The translations under genes were made by a program, and so were the position numbers. 64,000 bases of DNA from Escherichia coli. GTDB taxonomy: Bacteria; Pseudomonadota; Gammaproteobacteria; Enterobacterales; Enterobacteriaceae. The stretch is from NCBI RefSeq assembly GCF_051903065.1, contig NZ_CP178438.1; one strand, written 5' to 3'. Below, in pieces: positions 9,176 through 20,254 of this stretch. Position 1 is the first letter of the stretch; the number at the start of each line of letters is the position of its first letter. A model generated the notes under the pieces. That model did no database searches. It saw only the letters and a list, made by a program, of their open reading frames with translations, and had not been told where the DNA came from.

Positions 9176-9871
9176 TTAAACCGGCGGCAGATCGAACAGT
9201 AACACTTCGCTGTCGCTATCCGCATGGATGGAGATTGCCTGCTCATCCCAGATTGCCAGACCATCGCTGGTCGAGGCTTTCACGCCGTTAATGGTGACAT
9301 TGCCTTTCACCACCTGGATCCAGACGCGGCGTTCAGCGGCAATCTGATGCACCGACTGCTCATCTTTCAGCAACGCCCAGCGGTACAGTTCCATATCCTG
9401 ATGCACTTTCAATGAACCATCTCGCGCATCTGGCGAAAGCACCAGTTGTTTGCCCTGCACGGCATCGAAGCGACGCTGTTCATAACGCGGCGTAATGCCG
9501 TTTTCTTCAGGCATGATCCAGATCTGATACAGATGCAGACGCTCGGTGCTGCTTGGGTTGTACTCTGAGTGACGAATACCCGTACCCGCACTCATAATCT
9601 GGAACTCGCCCGCCGGAACCTGCTCTTTATTGCCCATGCTGTCCTGGTGCTCAACAGTACCTTCCAGCACGTAGGTCAAAATTTCCATATCTTTATGCGG
9701 GTGAGTGCCGAAGCCCTGCCCTGCTTCAATCACGTCGTCGTTAATCACGCGCAGCGCGGAGAAGCCCATAAAGTTCGGATCGTAATAGTTGGCAAAAGAG
9801 AAAGTATGCCAGGAGTCCAGCCAGCCATGATTTGCATGACCACGTTCATTTGCTTTGCGTAAGTAGATCAT
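9176..9871 (-). CDS. yhhW: pirin-like cupin protein (quercetin 2,3-dioxygenase-like)
   Basis: 231 aa, cupin His motifs (HPHKDMEILTYVLEG...HSEYN). Confidence 0.88.
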   Translation of the reverse strand: MIYLRKANERGHANHGWLDSWHTFSFANYYDPNFMGFSALRVINDDVIEAGQGFGTHPHKDMEILTYVLEGTVEHQDSMGNKEQVPAGEFQIMSAGTGIRHSEYNPSSTERLHLYQIWIMPEENGITPRYEQRRFDAVQGKQLVLSPDARDGSLKVHQDMELYRWALLKDEQSVHQIAAERRVWIQVVKGNVTINGVKASTSDGLAIWDEQAISIHADSDSEVLLFDLPPV

Positions 9872-9993
9872 TTGTATTCGCCCCCTGAATGATTTCGATG
9901 GGCTTAGTGTGGACCCGATCTGCCTGGGATGATAGAGGGTGAAAATTGACCCCTATGTTCAAAAAAATTGAACTATTCGAGGGGCCATCAAAC

Positions 9994-11031
9994 TTACTTC
10001 GCGAGAGTCACGGTGGAGGGAGAGGCTTGCTCAAATCCGCGTTCAAGGATTTCCAGATTCGTAAGAACTTCAGATTCCTTGACGTAATTTGGCGCACCAT
10101 TGGTGATCGTTTGGTACAACGCATCATAAACGCGCCCGTAATCGCCCATCTCTGGCTTCATCTCTTCTCTGACCGTCACGCCCTCGTCATTGACATACTC
10201 CAGCACACCGACCGAATCATCCGCTGCGAATCCCGGTTCGCCCGGCATAATATTAGCCTTCAGGCTGGTTTCCTGCTGGTCGATACCGTATTTAATAAAC
10301 GAACCTTTCTTACCGTGAACGATAAATTTCGGATAATCGATTTTCACCAGATGGCTGGTTTTGACGATGGCTTTTAGATCGCCATAAAACAGTTGCGCTT
10401 CAAAGGTGTCGTCAGGATTGGCTTTATTGCGCAGGCTGCGGATGTCATAAGCGACGTGATCCGGGCGACCGAACAGAGAAATAATCTGGTCCATCGTATG
10501 CACACCAAGGCCATAGAACGCGCCATCCTGCGGCAGCCCAGGTTTGGTTTCTGCCACCGGGCGGTAATAGTCAAAATGGCTTTCCACTTCGACAATCTCT
10601 CCCAGCTTGCCGCTTTCAATCGCTTTTTTCGCCGTCAGGAAGCAGGAATCAAAGCGACGATTCTGATATGGCGTGACGGTCAGCCCTTTGCTTTTCGCCA
10701 GTGCAAACAGCTCTTTCGCCTGCGCAAGTGTCGGAGTGAACGGTTTTTCGACCAGCACATTTTTCCCGGCTTCCAGCGCGCGTTTCGCGTACTCGAAATG
10801 GCTGTCCGCGTGGGTGCAGACCACAACCAGCTTAACATCGGGATCGTTTAGCACTTCGTCGAGATCGCTGGTGAAATGGATATGAGAGTAAATGGGAGCC
10901 TGTTCTTCCGGCTTCGCATGGCGACGAAAAATATGCGCGACATGCCAGCTATCCTTGCGGTTAAGTACATACGGCAGATGGTAACGGGTGGTGCTTTTGC
11001 CGAAGCCAATAAAGGCGCAGTTGATGACCAT
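9994..11031 (-). CDS. yhhX: Gfo/Idh/MocA-family NAD(P)-dependent oxidoreductase
   Basis: 345 aa, N-terminal Rossmann motif CAFIGFGKSTTRYHLPY. Confidence 0.88.
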   Translation of the reverse strand: MVINCAFIGFGKSTTRYHLPYVLNRKDSWHVAHIFRRHAKPEEQAPIYSHIHFTSDLDEVLNDPDVKLVVVCTHADSHFEYAKRALEAGKNVLVEKPFTPTLAQAKELFALAKSKGLTVTPYQNRRFDSCFLTAKKAIESGKLGEIVEVESHFDYYRPVAETKPGLPQDGAFYGLGVHTMDQIISLFGRPDHVAYDIRSLRNKANPDDTFEAQLFYGDLKAIVKTSHLVKIDYPKFIVHGKKGSFIKYGIDQQETSLKANIMPGEPGFAADDSVGVLEYVNDEGVTVREEMKPEMGDYGRVYDALYQTITNGAPNYVKESEVLTNLEILERGFEQASPSTVTLAK

Positions 11032-11147
11032 GATTTCGTCCTTTTTAAGGTGGTTATTTACACCTTAGCGCAAAGCGGACGTGGTTCCTACTGGAGTGCG
11101 CATAACGAACACAAGCCCCCCCGTGGATAAATTGAGAACGAAAGATC

Positions 11148-11242
11148 AAAAAAAAAGCCAGCACCCGGCTGGCTAAGTAATACTGGAAGCAATGTGAGCA
11201 ATGTCGTGCTTTCAGGTTCTCCGCGAGGGTCTTCCTGATCGC
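11148..11242 (-). ncRNA. ryhB: RyhB small RNA (Fur-repressed iron-sparing sRNA)
   Basis: Minus-strand sequence GCGATCAGGAAGACCCTCGCGGAGAACCTGAAAGCACGACATTGCTCACATTGCTTCCAGTATTACTTAGCCAGCCGGGTGCTGGC followed by a T-run, recognised from memory as RyhB; lies between yhhX and yhhY as expected. Confidence 0.85.
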
Positions 11243-11245
11243 GAG

Positions 11246-11268
11246 ACAATAATAATCATTCTCATTCG
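11246..11268 (-). promoter_or_regulatory. Fur box in ryhB promoter
   Basis: Minus-strand gaatgagaatgattattattgtc immediately upstream of the RyhB 5' end resembles the Fur consensus GATAATGATAATCATTATC. Confidence 0.6.
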
Positions 11269-11363
11269 CACTTGTCCAACACTTTTTGCAAAAAAATGCA
11301 TTTGACTCGCATTTGAAAGTCAATGATGTTGAAAGGGACATTTACCCCAAAGAGGACAAAGGA

Positions 11364-11852
11364 ATGAGTGAGATAGTAATACGCCACGCAGAAACACGGG
11401 ATTACGAGGCCATTCGGCAGATTCACGCCCAGCCAGAGGTGTATTACAACACGCTACAGGTGCCTCATCCTTCCGATCATATGTGGCAGGAGCGACTCGC
11501 CGATCGTCCCGGCATCAAACAGTTAGTTGCCTGTATTGATGGAACCGTCGTGGGTCACCTCACCATTGACGTGCAACAGCGCCCACGCCGCAGTCATGTT
11601 GCCGATTTTGGTATCTGTGTCGACTCTCGTTGGAAGAACCGCGGCGTCGCCAGCGCCCTGATGCGAGAGATGATTGAAATGTGCGACAACTGGTTACGGG
11701 TAGATCGCATTGAACTAACCGTGTTTGTCGATAACGCCCCGGCAATTAAGGTCTATAAAAAATACGGCTTTGAAATTGAAGGGACTGGTAAGAAGTACGC
11801 ATTGCGTAATGGTGAATATGTCGATGCGTATTATATGGCGCGGGTGAAATAG
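11364..11852 (+). CDS. yhhY: GNAT-family N-acetyltransferase
   Basis: ORF 11286..11852 (TTG start in track); 162-aa form from ATG 11364 (MSEIVIRHAETRDYE...) with upstream AGGA; GNAT motifs (RNRGVASALMREM). Confidence 0.85.
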   Translation: MSEIVIRHAETRDYEAIRQIHAQPEVYYNTLQVPHPSDHMWQERLADRPGIKQLVACIDGTVVGHLTIDVQQRPRRSHVADFGICVDSRWKNRGVASALMREMIEMCDNWLRVDRIELTVFVDNAPAIKVYKKYGFEIEGTGKKYALRNGEYVDAYYMARVK

Positions 11853-11879
11853 AGAATTTGCAATCTAAGTTTGTCATTT

Positions 11880-11906
11880 AAGCCCTCACCTACCGGGAGA
11901 GGGCTT
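11880..11906. terminator. putative bidirectional stem-loop between convergent yhhY and ggt
   Basis: aagccctc ... gagggctt inverted repeat in the 60-bp convergent intergenic region; no clean T-run. Confidence 0.4.
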
Positions 11907-11912
11907 AAGATA

Positions 11913-13646
11913 TTAATAACCCGCCGTTAAATCATCCACCGAGCGCGGATCGGATGCGCCGTACAACTCACCGTCCGGCCCAACCATAATGCTTTGTGTA
12001 CTGCCCATCGCCTCTTTCAGCGCCACTTTCTGACCTTTTGCTTCCAGCAGCTTGAGCGTATCCGGGCTAAATCCTTTTTCGACACGCAGCTCGTCCGGCA
12101 ACCACTGATGGTGGAAACGCGGCGCATTGGTCGCTTCAGCGACGTTCATGCCATAATCGATGCTATTCACCACCATTTGAAGCACTGTAGTGATGATCCG
12201 GCTCCCGCCAGGGCTACCGGTGACCAGCCAGGTTTTACCGTCTTTCACCACAATGGTGGGTGACATCGATGACAGCGGGCGTTTGTTCGGCCCGACGGCG
12301 TTGGCATCACCGCCCACCAGCCCGTAAACGTTCGGTACGCCCGGTTTGGCGGAGAAATCATCCATCTGGTTATTAAGCAGAATACCGCTCTCGCCCGCGA
12401 CAATGCCCGTACCGAAGGTGGTGTTCAGCGTATAGGTCACCGCCACCGCGTTACCATCTTTATCCACCACTGAGTAATGGGTAGTTTGATTACTCTCATA
12501 AGGCGCAAGCTTGCCAGGGCGAATCTCGCTGGACGGTTTCGCTTTATTGATATCGATTTGCTCGGCAATAGATTTGGCATAGGCTTTATTGGTCAGCGCC
12601 TGCCACGGGACTTTCACAAAATCCGGGTCGCCAAGATATTCCGAGCGGTCAGCGTAGGCATATTTCTCCGCTTCTGCCATGATCTGCATCGCGTCGGCGC
12701 TGCCAAAACCGTATTTCTTCATATCGAAGTTTTCCAGAATATTGAGGATTTGTACGATATGGATCCCGCCGGAGGATGGCGGTGGCATGGAGTAAACCTG
12801 ATACCCGCGATAATCGCCGCTTATCGGTGTGCGTTCGACCGCTTTATACGCCGCTAAATCTTCTTTAGTGATCAGGCCACCGTTTTTCTGCATCTCCTGG
12901 GCAATCTGTTCCGCTATCGTGCCTTTGTAGAATTCGTCCGGGCCGTTTTCGGCAATCATCTCCAGGCTCTTTGCCAGGTTCGCCTGCACCAGCTTGTCGC
13001 CCTTTTTCAGCGGCTCGCCCTCTTTCCAGAAGATAGCCTTGCTGTTTTCGTGATTCGGCAGCACTTCGCTCCCGTAGGTTTTGAGATCGTCAGCCAGCGC
13101 GTCGTTAACGATAAAACCATCGCGTGCCAGTTTAAACGCTGGCTGCACCACTTTGTTCAACGGCATTGTGCCGTATTTATCCAACGCCAGCGAGAAACCA
13201 GCGACCGTACCGGGCGTGCCGGAAGCCAGATGCGAAGTGAGTGATTTTTTGCTGTCCGGGTTGCCCTGGTCATCAAGGAACATATCGCGGGTCGCTTTGG
13301 CGGGTGCCATTTCGCGGAAATCGATAGCGGTGGTATTGCCATTTTTCGAGCGGATCAGCATAAAACCACCACCGCCCAGATTCCCTGCCTGCGGATGCGT
13401 TACCGCCAGCGCGTAGCCCACAGCCACGGCGGCATCAACGGCATTCCCGCCCTCCTTGAGGATATCCACCCCCACCTGAGTGGCAGTAGCATCTACAGAT
13501 GCCACCATCCCCTGTTTCGCGCGTACCGGATGGAAGACATCTTCCTCCACGCCGTAAGAAACAGGAGGCGCAGCGGCGGCGCTAAAACAACTTCCTGAGA
13601 GCAGAGCAGCAATGGCCACCCGGCGTAAAAACGTCGGTTTTATCAT
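11913..13646 (-). CDS. ggt: gamma-glutamyltranspeptidase
   Basis: ORF 11913..13673; product from MIKPTFLRRVAIAALLSGSCFSAAAA... (signal peptide); catalytic Thr region NQTTHYSVVD present. Confidence 0.92.
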   Translation of the reverse strand: MIKPTFLRRVAIAALLSGSCFSAAAAPPVSYGVEEDVFHPVRAKQGMVASVDATATQVGVDILKEGGNAVDAAVAVGYALAVTHPQAGNLGGGGFMLIRSKNGNTTAIDFREMAPAKATRDMFLDDQGNPDSKKSLTSHLASGTPGTVAGFSLALDKYGTMPLNKVVQPAFKLARDGFIVNDALADDLKTYGSEVLPNHENSKAIFWKEGEPLKKGDKLVQANLAKSLEMIAENGPDEFYKGTIAEQIAQEMQKNGGLITKEDLAAYKAVERTPISGDYRGYQVYSMPPPSSGGIHIVQILNILENFDMKKYGFGSADAMQIMAEAEKYAYADRSEYLGDPDFVKVPWQALTNKAYAKSIAEQIDINKAKPSSEIRPGKLAPYESNQTTHYSVVDKDGNAVAVTYTLNTTFGTGIVAGESGILLNNQMDDFSAKPGVPNVYGLVGGDANAVGPNKRPLSSMSPTIVVKDGKTWLVTGSPGGSRIITTVLQMVVNSIDYGMNVAEATNAPRFHHQWLPDELRVEKGFSPDTLKLLEAKGQKVALKEAMGSTQSIMVGPDGELYGASDPRSVDDLTAGY

Positions 13647-13765
13647 CGTTATTCTCCAGAGATTAAGGGGCAACCCCAGCTAAGCCTGGTATATAACTCT
13701 GAATTAATCCTGATGATTGCAGGAAAGGAGTAAACTTAAAGAATATCTTCAGAGGAGGATACGCG

Positions 13766-14206
13766 ATGAAACGACTTCTGATTCTTACGGCACTCCTGCC
13801 GTTTGTCGGCTTTGCACAGCCCATTAATACTCTGAACAACCCTAACCAGCCGGGGTATCAGATCCCCAGTCAGCAGCGGATGCAAACCCAGATGCAGACT
13901 CAGCAAATCCAGCAAAAAGGGATGCTGAATCAGCAACTGAAAACGCAAACTCAGTTGCAACAACAGCATTTAGAAAACCAGATAAACAATAATTCTCAGC
14001 GGGTGTTGCAGTCACAGCCGGGGGAGCGAAATCCCGCCCGGCAGCAAATGCTGCCCAACACCAATGGCGGGATGTTAAACAGCAACCGTAATCCGGATAG
14101 TTCGTTGAATCAGCAGCATATGTTGCCGGAGAGGAGAAACGGCGACATGCTGAATCAGCCCGGCACGCCGCAGCCTGATATACCGTTGAAAACTATTGGG
14201 CCGTAA
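13766..14206 (+). CDS. yhhA: secreted Gln-rich protein YhhA
   Basis: 146 aa, signal peptide [17 protein letters not shown] then Q/N-rich low-complexity sequence. Confidence 0.8.
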   Translation: MKRLLILTALLPFVGFAQPINTLNNPNQPGYQIPSQQRMQTQMQTQQIQQKGMLNQQLKTQTQLQQQHLENQINNNSQRVLQSQPGERNPARQQMLPNTNGGMLNSNRNPDSSLNQQHMLPERRNGDMLNQPGTPQPDIPLKTIGP

Positions 14207-14936
14207 AGTTCGGACCAATCACATCAATCGCATCGGTACAGATGCAATCCACGCCCCAGCGCAGCAACTCTGCCGCGCGCTGGGGTTTATTGACGGTATA
14301 AACCAGAATCCGCAGTCCAGCATCTTTCAACTGCATTACTCGCGCTTTATCAAGCAACTTATGATTGAGATGAATAGAGACGCAGCCCAGCCGCGTAGTC
14401 AGTTCGCGCCAGTCGTCGCGCCATTCATCCAGCAACAAACCGCGCGGCAGTTCTGGTACTGCCTGTTGTGCGGCTTCTAAAGCATCAATTTCGAACGATG
14501 ACAGCAGCGGCGGCGTCATACCGCCCCACAGCTCGCGTGCCGCCAGCGCCACCATTTTGCCCGTTAATGGCCCAGTGCCAGTGGTGGGTTTGATTTCGAT
14601 ATTCGCCATCATCCCATGTTCGCGACAGCGTTCCGCCACCTGCGAAAGCAACGGCAGCGGCTCACCTTTAAACGCTTTGCCGTACCAACTGCCTGCATCC
14701 ACACGTAGTAAATCCTGCCAGTTCAGTTCACCCGCGACGCCCCAGCCGTTGCTGGTACGTTCGAGATTGTCGTCATGGAGCAGGAAGATTTCGCCATCTT
14801 TCGACAACTTCGCGTCAAATTCGATCATCTTATGACCGTATTTTGCCCCGACGTCGATTGCCGCCAGGGTGTTTTCCGGGGCCAGCTTACCGCCGCCACG
14901 ATGTGCGACGATGCGGGGATAAGGCCAGTTACTCAT
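14193..14936 (-). CDS. ugpQ: cytoplasmic glycerophosphodiester phosphodiesterase
   Basis: 247 aa, GDPD motifs (IVAHRGGG..., [10 protein letters not shown]). Confidence 0.92.
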   Translation of the reverse strand: MSNWPYPRIVAHRGGGKLAPENTLAAIDVGAKYGHKMIEFDAKLSKDGEIFLLHDDNLERTSNGWGVAGELNWQDLLRVDAGSWYGKAFKGEPLPLLSQVAERCREHGMMANIEIKPTTGTGPLTGKMVALAARELWGGMTPPLLSSFEIDALEAAQQAVPELPRGLLLDEWRDDWRELTTRLGCVSIHLNHKLLDKARVMQLKDAGLRILVYTVNKPQRAAELLRWGVDCICTDAIDVIGPNFTAQ

Positions 14937-16003
14937 ACTCGTTGTCCTGTTTCACCATCAAAAAGATGCAGCTGATTTTCCGCCAGATGCAACCACAGCG
15001 TGCTGCCTGCCGTCGGGCGCTCCTGATGCGCCAGTCGCACCACCAGCTTCTGTTCGCCCCAGCGTCCGTGCGCCAGGTTATCTGCGCCGAGGATCTCCAG
15101 CGTGTCCATCACCAGCGGTACGCCGCCTTCTGCCTGCGAGCTTAGCGCAATATGTTCCGGGCGAATGCCGAGAGTCATTTTACGCCCGGCATACTGACGG
15201 TAGCCACCGTTTAGCGGTAGCACGATACCGCCGTCCAGTTCAAAATGCGTGCCTTCATTATTCACGCGGCCTGTCAGCAGATTCATCGCCGGACTGCCAA
15301 TAAAACTCGCCACAAACAGGCTGGCGGGCTTTTCGTAGACTTCAACTGGCGTGCCAATCTGTTCGGCAACGCCGCCGTTCATCACCATTACTCGCTGGGC
15401 GAGCGTCATCGCCTCAACCTGATCGTGAGTAACGTAGAGTGAAGTCGTTTTCAGGCGACGGTGCAGCTGTTGCAGTTCAAGACGCATCTGTACGCGCAGC
15501 TTGGCATCGAGGTTAGAGAGTGGCTCATCAAACAGGAACACCGCCGGATCGCGCACAATTGCGCGGCCCATCGCCACACGCTGACGCTGACCGCCGGAAA
15601 GCTCGCGTGGGCGACGTTTGAGCAGGCCGTCCAGCTCCAGAATGCGCGCCGCTTCTTTAACGCGCTCGGCAATTTGCTGCTTGCCCATGCCGCGAATTTT
15701 CAGCCCCCACGCCATGTTTTCTTCAACACTCATATGCGGATAAAGCGCGTAGTTCTGGAACACCATCGCAATCCCGCGATCTTTCGGCTCCATTTCGGTC
15801 ACCCGCTGGTCGTTGATCCAGATATCGCCTTCCGTCACCCGCTCCAGCCCGGCAACCATGCGCAGCAGCGTCGATTTCCCGCAGCCTGACGGCCCGACCA
15901 TCACGATAAATTCGCCATCCGCCACATCAAGGTTCAGCGGTTTAATCACCTGGGTTTTGCCATCCCAGCTTTTGGTTACTGCCTGTAATTTCAGTCCTGC
16001 CAT
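14933..16003 (-). CDS. ugpC: sn-glycerol-3-phosphate ABC transporter ATP-binding protein
   Basis: ORF 14933..16042; 356-aa form from [13 protein letters not shown]...; Walker [10 protein letters not shown], signature [14 protein letters not shown]. Confidence 0.92.
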   Translation of the reverse strand: MAGLKLQAVTKSWDGKTQVIKPLNLDVADGEFIVMVGPSGCGKSTLLRMVAGLERVTEGDIWINDQRVTEMEPKDRGIAMVFQNYALYPHMSVEENMAWGLKIRGMGKQQIAERVKEAARILELDGLLKRRPRELSGGQRQRVAMGRAIVRDPAVFLFDEPLSNLDAKLRVQMRLELQQLHRRLKTTSLYVTHDQVEAMTLAQRVMVMNGGVAEQIGTPVEVYEKPASLFVASFIGSPAMNLLTGRVNNEGTHFELDGGIVLPLNGGYRQYAGRKMTLGIRPEHIALSSQAEGGVPLVMDTLEILGADNLAHGRWGEQKLVVRLAHQERPTAGSTLWLHLAENQLHLFDGETGQRV

Positions 16004-16004
16004 C

Positions 16005-16850
16005 TTATTTCTCACTATCGACCAGGCCGCGCACGAAGGCACGCTGCATCACTAAAACAATCACTACTGGTGGGATCAGGGTTAACAACATCGCCGCCAT
16101 CACTGAGTTCCATTCTGTGGTGCCTTCGCCCGTGGCGATCATCCCTTTGATCCCTGCCACGGTGGTGCCGAGATCCACGTCGGTAATAATCAACAACGGC
16201 CACAAATACTGGTTCCAGCCGTAAATAAAGGTGATCACAAACAACGCCGCCAGATTAGTTTTGGACAACGGAAAAACGATGTCGCAAAAGAAGCGCATTG
16301 GCGATGCGCCGTCGATCCGCGCGGCTTCCACCAGTTCATCCGGTAGGGTCATAAAGAACTGGCGGAAAAGAAACGTCGCGGTCGCCGAGGCCATCAGCGG
16401 CAGCGTTAAACCTGCGTAGCTGTCGAGCATCTTCAGGTTGGCGATGACTTCCACCGTCGGGAAGATACGTACTTCAACCGGCAACATCAGGGTGATAAAA
16501 ATCATCCAGAAAAAGAGGTTACGCAGCGGAAAACGAAACCAGACAATGGCGAATGCCGAGAGCATCGAGACGGTAATTTTGCCGAGCGTAATGCTGAACG
16601 CCATCACGAAGCTGTTAAGCAACATCCGCCAGAACGGCGCACTATTTGTGCCTACCCCGTTTACCCAGATGTTGTGGATGTTTTCCAGCAGATGCGTGCC
16701 GGGGATGAGCGTCATCGGCGCGGCGTAGACGGCCTGTTTATCCAGCGTCGCCGCGACAAACGCCACGTACAGCGGGAAGAGGATCACCGCGATCCCGAGG
16801 ATCAGCATGGTATGGCTGAATATCGTCAGCCACGGACGGTTCTCAATCAT
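16005..16850 (-). CDS. ugpE: sn-glycerol-3-phosphate ABC transporter permease
   Basis: 281-aa polytopic membrane protein, operon position. Confidence 0.9.
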
Positions 16851-17734
16851 TGGTAACGCACCTTGCTTTCAACATAGCGGAACTGCACCACCGTCAGCAC
16901 GATGACGAGGAACATCAACACCACCGACTGCGCGGCAGACGAAGCCAGATCCAGTCCGGTAAAGCCTTCGCGGTAGATCTTATAAATCAGCGTCGTGGTG
17001 GCCTGAACCGGCCCGCCGGACGTGGCGGCGTCGATCACCGGGAAGGTGTCGAAGAAGGCATACACCAGGTTCACTACCAGCAGGAAGAAACTCACCGGGG
17101 CGATAAGCGGCAGCGCAATCTTAAAGAAGCGGCGAATCGGCCCTGCACCGTCGATGGCTGCGGCTTCGATCAACGAACGGGGAATGGATTGCAGCGCGGC
17201 ATAGAAGAACAGGAAGTTGTAGCTGATTTGCTTCCATACTGAGGCAAACACCACCAGAAACATTGCCTGACCGCTGTTTTGCGCGTGGTTCCAGTCGTAG
17301 CCGAACTCAGCGAGAAAATGGGTGATCAGCCCGCGACCGGGGTTAAACAGGAAGATCCACAATACGGCGGCAACGGCCGGAGCCACGGCATACGGCAGCA
17401 GCATCAAGGTTTGATAGAAACGACTGCCGCGCACGATGTACTCCACCAGCGCCGCAAAGAACAGCGATACCAGCAAACCGCTGACGGTGACAAAGGTGCT
17501 GAATTTTATCGTCGTCCAGAAGGAGTCGATATAGTAGCTGTCATGAAACAGCGCGACGAAGTTATCCAGGCCGACAAACTGGCTGGAGAAACCAAACGGA
17601 TCGACGCTTTGCAGCGAGTACCACAACGCTTCGCCCGCAGGCCAGATAAAAAAGATAACGGTGATGATGAGCTGCGGCGCGACCAGCAGATAAGGCAGCC
17701 AGCGCGAGCGGAACACCGGACGGGATGATGACAT
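16847..17734 (-). CDS. ugpA: sn-glycerol-3-phosphate ABC transporter permease
   Basis: 295-aa membrane protein, 4-nt overlap with ugpE. Confidence 0.9.
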
Positions 17735-17755
17735 TACGGTTAATTCCTGAACTGT

Positions 17756-17823
17756 GCCGGATGCGCTTCGCTTATCCGGCCTACACGCGATGCCAGGTCA
17801 GATAAGCGAAACGCATCCGACAT
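17756..17823. repeat. REP/BIME element (two inverted REP units) in ugpB-ugpA intergenic region
   Basis: gccggatgcgcttcgcttatccggcctac and inverted partner gataagcgaaacgcatccgac; classic E. coli REP sequence. Confidence 0.8.
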
Positions 17824-17831
17824 TACACTGA

Positions 17832-19148
17832 TTAAGACTTCGTCGATTTCTCAAAGCGGCGCAGCAACTGATTTCCACGCTCAACGGCGGTATCCAGTGC
17901 CTGCTGTGGTGTCTTCTTACCGGTCCACACGCTCTCCAGCTCTTCATCCACAATCACGCGGATCTGCGGCATGTTGCCCAGACGCAGTCCTTTGGTGAAC
18001 GGCAACGGCGGCTTATTCAGCATCTGACGCGTCGCGGTATCCGCCCCTGGATTTTTCTCATAAAAGCCCTGCTCACGGGTCAGGTCATACGCTGCTTTGG
18101 TGATTGGCAGATAACCGGTTTTCTGATGCCACTCGGCAGCGTTTTCTGGCTTCGCGAGGAAGTCGAGGAACTTCGCCACGCCGGTATACGTTTCTTTATC
18201 TTTGCCCTGCATCACCCACAGGCTGGCCCCGCCGATAATGGCGTTTTGCGGTGCATCTTTCGCATCGGCGTCGTAAGGCATCATGCCTACGCCATAGTTA
18301 AATTTGGCGTACTCACGAATATTAGCGAGAGAACCGGAAGAGGCGGTGGTCATCGCGCAATCACCGTTATAGAACTTCTCGGTGGATTCATCCTTACGCC
18401 CGACGTAGCTGAAATCGCCCTTCTTGTTCATCTCTTCGAGCATGGCGATGTGTTTCACCTGCTCCGGCTTGTTGAACTCCAGCACCGCATCCGTGCCGTC
18501 AAAGCCGTTGTTTTTGCTGGCAAACGGCAGACCGTTCCAGGCGCTAAAGTTTTCCAGTTGGATCCAGCCCTGCCAGCCGCTGGCGTAGCCGCACTTCATT
18601 CCGGAGGCTTTCAGTTTTGCAGAATAGTCCGCCAGATCCTGCCAGGTTTTCGGCGGCTGTTCCGGGTCTAATCCTGCTTTCTTGAAGGCGTCTTTGTTGT
18701 AATAGAGAACGGGGGTCGAGCTGTTGAATGGCTGGGAGAGTAAGTGGCCCGTTTTGCTGTCGGAGTAGTAACCGGAAACCGTCGGCACAAACTGCGACTC
18801 ATCGAATTGAATCCCCGCCTCTTTAAACACGTCATATACCGGTTTAATGGCTTTCGACGCCATCATGGTGGCGGTGCCAACTTCATAAACCTGCAAAATA
18901 GCCGGAGCATTGCCGGTACGAAATGCGGCAATCCCCGCGCTTAAATTCTGTTCGTAGTTGCCTTTATAGGTCGGTACAATTTTGTAATCCGGGTTTTCGG
19001 CGTTAAAACGTTGGGCCAGAGAATCCACCTCTTTACCCAGTTCCCCTTCCATAGAATGCCAGAACGGAATGGTCGTCACTGCCTGTGCATTCCCCATTAA
19101 CGCCAGTCCGAGCGCCAGTGCTGAAGCTGTATAATGTAACGGTTTCAT
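17832..19148 (-). CDS. ugpB: sn-glycerol-3-phosphate periplasmic binding protein
   Basis: 438 aa with signal peptide [23 protein letters not shown]. Confidence 0.92.
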   Translation of the reverse strand: MKPLHYTASALALGLALMGNAQAVTTIPFWHSMEGELGKEVDSLAQRFNAENPDYKIVPTYKGNYEQNLSAGIAAFRTGNAPAILQVYEVGTATMMASKAIKPVYDVFKEAGIQFDESQFVPTVSGYYSDSKTGHLLSQPFNSSTPVLYYNKDAFKKAGLDPEQPPKTWQDLADYSAKLKASGMKCGYASGWQGWIQLENFSAWNGLPFASKNNGFDGTDAVLEFNKPEQVKHIAMLEEMNKKGDFSYVGRKDESTEKFYNGDCAMTTASSGSLANIREYAKFNYGVGMMPYDADAKDAPQNAIIGGASLWVMQGKDKETYTGVAKFLDFLAKPENAAEWHQKTGYLPITKAAYDLTREQGFYEKNPGADTATRQMLNKPPLPFTKGLRLGNMPQIRVIVDEELESVWTGKKTPQQALDTAVERGNQLLRRFEKSTKS

Positions 19149-19244
19149 CGTTTATCTCTCTTGTTGTACCGAATGCGCGAATTCACGCGTTTTATGCTCG
19201 CGGGGTAACATGACATGCTCGAATTACAGAAAAATAACTTTTTT

Positions 19245-19285
19245 GTTACATTTGTAAGATAGTAAGGTGTCAGAAAGATGACAAG
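19245..19285 (-). promoter_or_regulatory. putative PhoB box(es) of the ugp promoter
   Basis: Minus-strand cttgtcatctttctgacacc resembles pho-box CTGTCAT-N4-CTGTCAC about 120 bp upstream of ugpB start; ugp is a known Pho regulon operon. Confidence 0.45.
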
Positions 19286-19507
19286 GCGGTGACGGTACGG
19301 GTGAGGGAAAATGGGAGATGGGGCACGGATATCCCGAGAATGCACTGAAAAGAGGCGATTAACGGCCAGCTAATCGCCAGAACTCCTTACCATGAAGAGC
19401 AAAAATGGCAGCAAATTCTGCGTCCAGTTTTGCTGCCCGATGAGAGCTACATTTTTCAATTTTAACAAAAGATTGCCGCGACACTGGTCTAACGGCAAAG
19501 AAGATTT

Positions 19508-20254
19508 TCATTGCACCACACTCTGCTTCAGCCGCTCATTGGCGGTCTTAATCCATTCCCGGTGGTGTTTTCTATAATGAGGTCTTGAGCGTTTAGCCGT
19601 ATCAACCACGGCAACATACTGCTCGTTGGCTTCACGTAACCGACTCATTTTCGCCAACATTTCCGCATAGTAAATACGCGCCTGCGGGCCGGGGTAATAA
19701 GAAATCAATACTTCAAACTCGCTTTCCGCATCAGCGTATTTTTCTTGTGCGGCTAACGTTCTGGCAAATAACAAATGCCCGTCTGCCGACTGAAAATCAG
19801 GGTTATAACGCATCACATCTTCCAGCGTCTGCTGACAGGCGGCGAACTCCTGAATAGCAAACTGTGCCTGCGCCAGGCTTAGCATCATTGCCGCTTCATG
19901 GGCGAATATCCCGCTTAACGCCTGCTGATAATGGGGAACAGCTTCGTGATAACGCCCCAGACGCGCCAGTTCATTAGCCAACGCATAATGGTTTTGATTC
20001 GTCTCGGCAATCGCCAGTTCTTCGGTTAATTTGCGCAGGTGGCGCTCAGGGTTGAGTTTGTTCTGCAGGCGCATCAGCAAAGTATGCCCGTGACGGTCAG
20101 CGCCCGTTTCAGGCAGCATCACTATGACGAAATACGCCACGCAGCCAATCACCGGAAAACAGAAAATGATAAAAATCCAGTACCGCTCTTGTCCGGTACG
20201 GTAAGCGTGAATACAGCAAAGCAGTTCAAGCATGACAACAACGGCATAATGCAT
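19508..20254 (-). CDS. hypothetical membrane protein, PLDc_N-like N-terminal domain plus helical-repeat (TPR-like) C-terminal region
   Basis: 248 aa; N-terminus LELLCCIHAYRTGQERYWIFIIFCFPVIGCVAYFVIVMLPE fits the small two-helix PLDc_N pattern (R..W....I..P..G...Y); C-terminal part Ala/Leu-rich helical repeats; no database check run. Confidence 0.6.
   Translation of the reverse strand: MHYAVVVMLELLCCIHAYRTGQERYWIFIIFCFPVIGCVAYFVIVMLPETGADRHGHTLLMRLQNKLNPERHLRKLTEELAIAETNQNHYALANELARLGRYHEAVPHYQQALSGIFAHEAAMMLSLAQAQFAIQEFAACQQTLEDVMRYNPDFQSADGHLLFARTLAAQEKYADAESEFEVLISYYPGPQARIYYAEMLAKMSRLREANEQYVAVVDTAKRSRPHYRKHHREWIKTANERLKQSVVQ

Noticed and set aside
13766-14206. Q/N-rich low-complexity DNA in yhhA as a possible tandem repeat or CRISPR-like array
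   Set aside because: It is in-frame coding low complexity (Gln-rich secreted protein) with no regular repeat-spacer periodicity.
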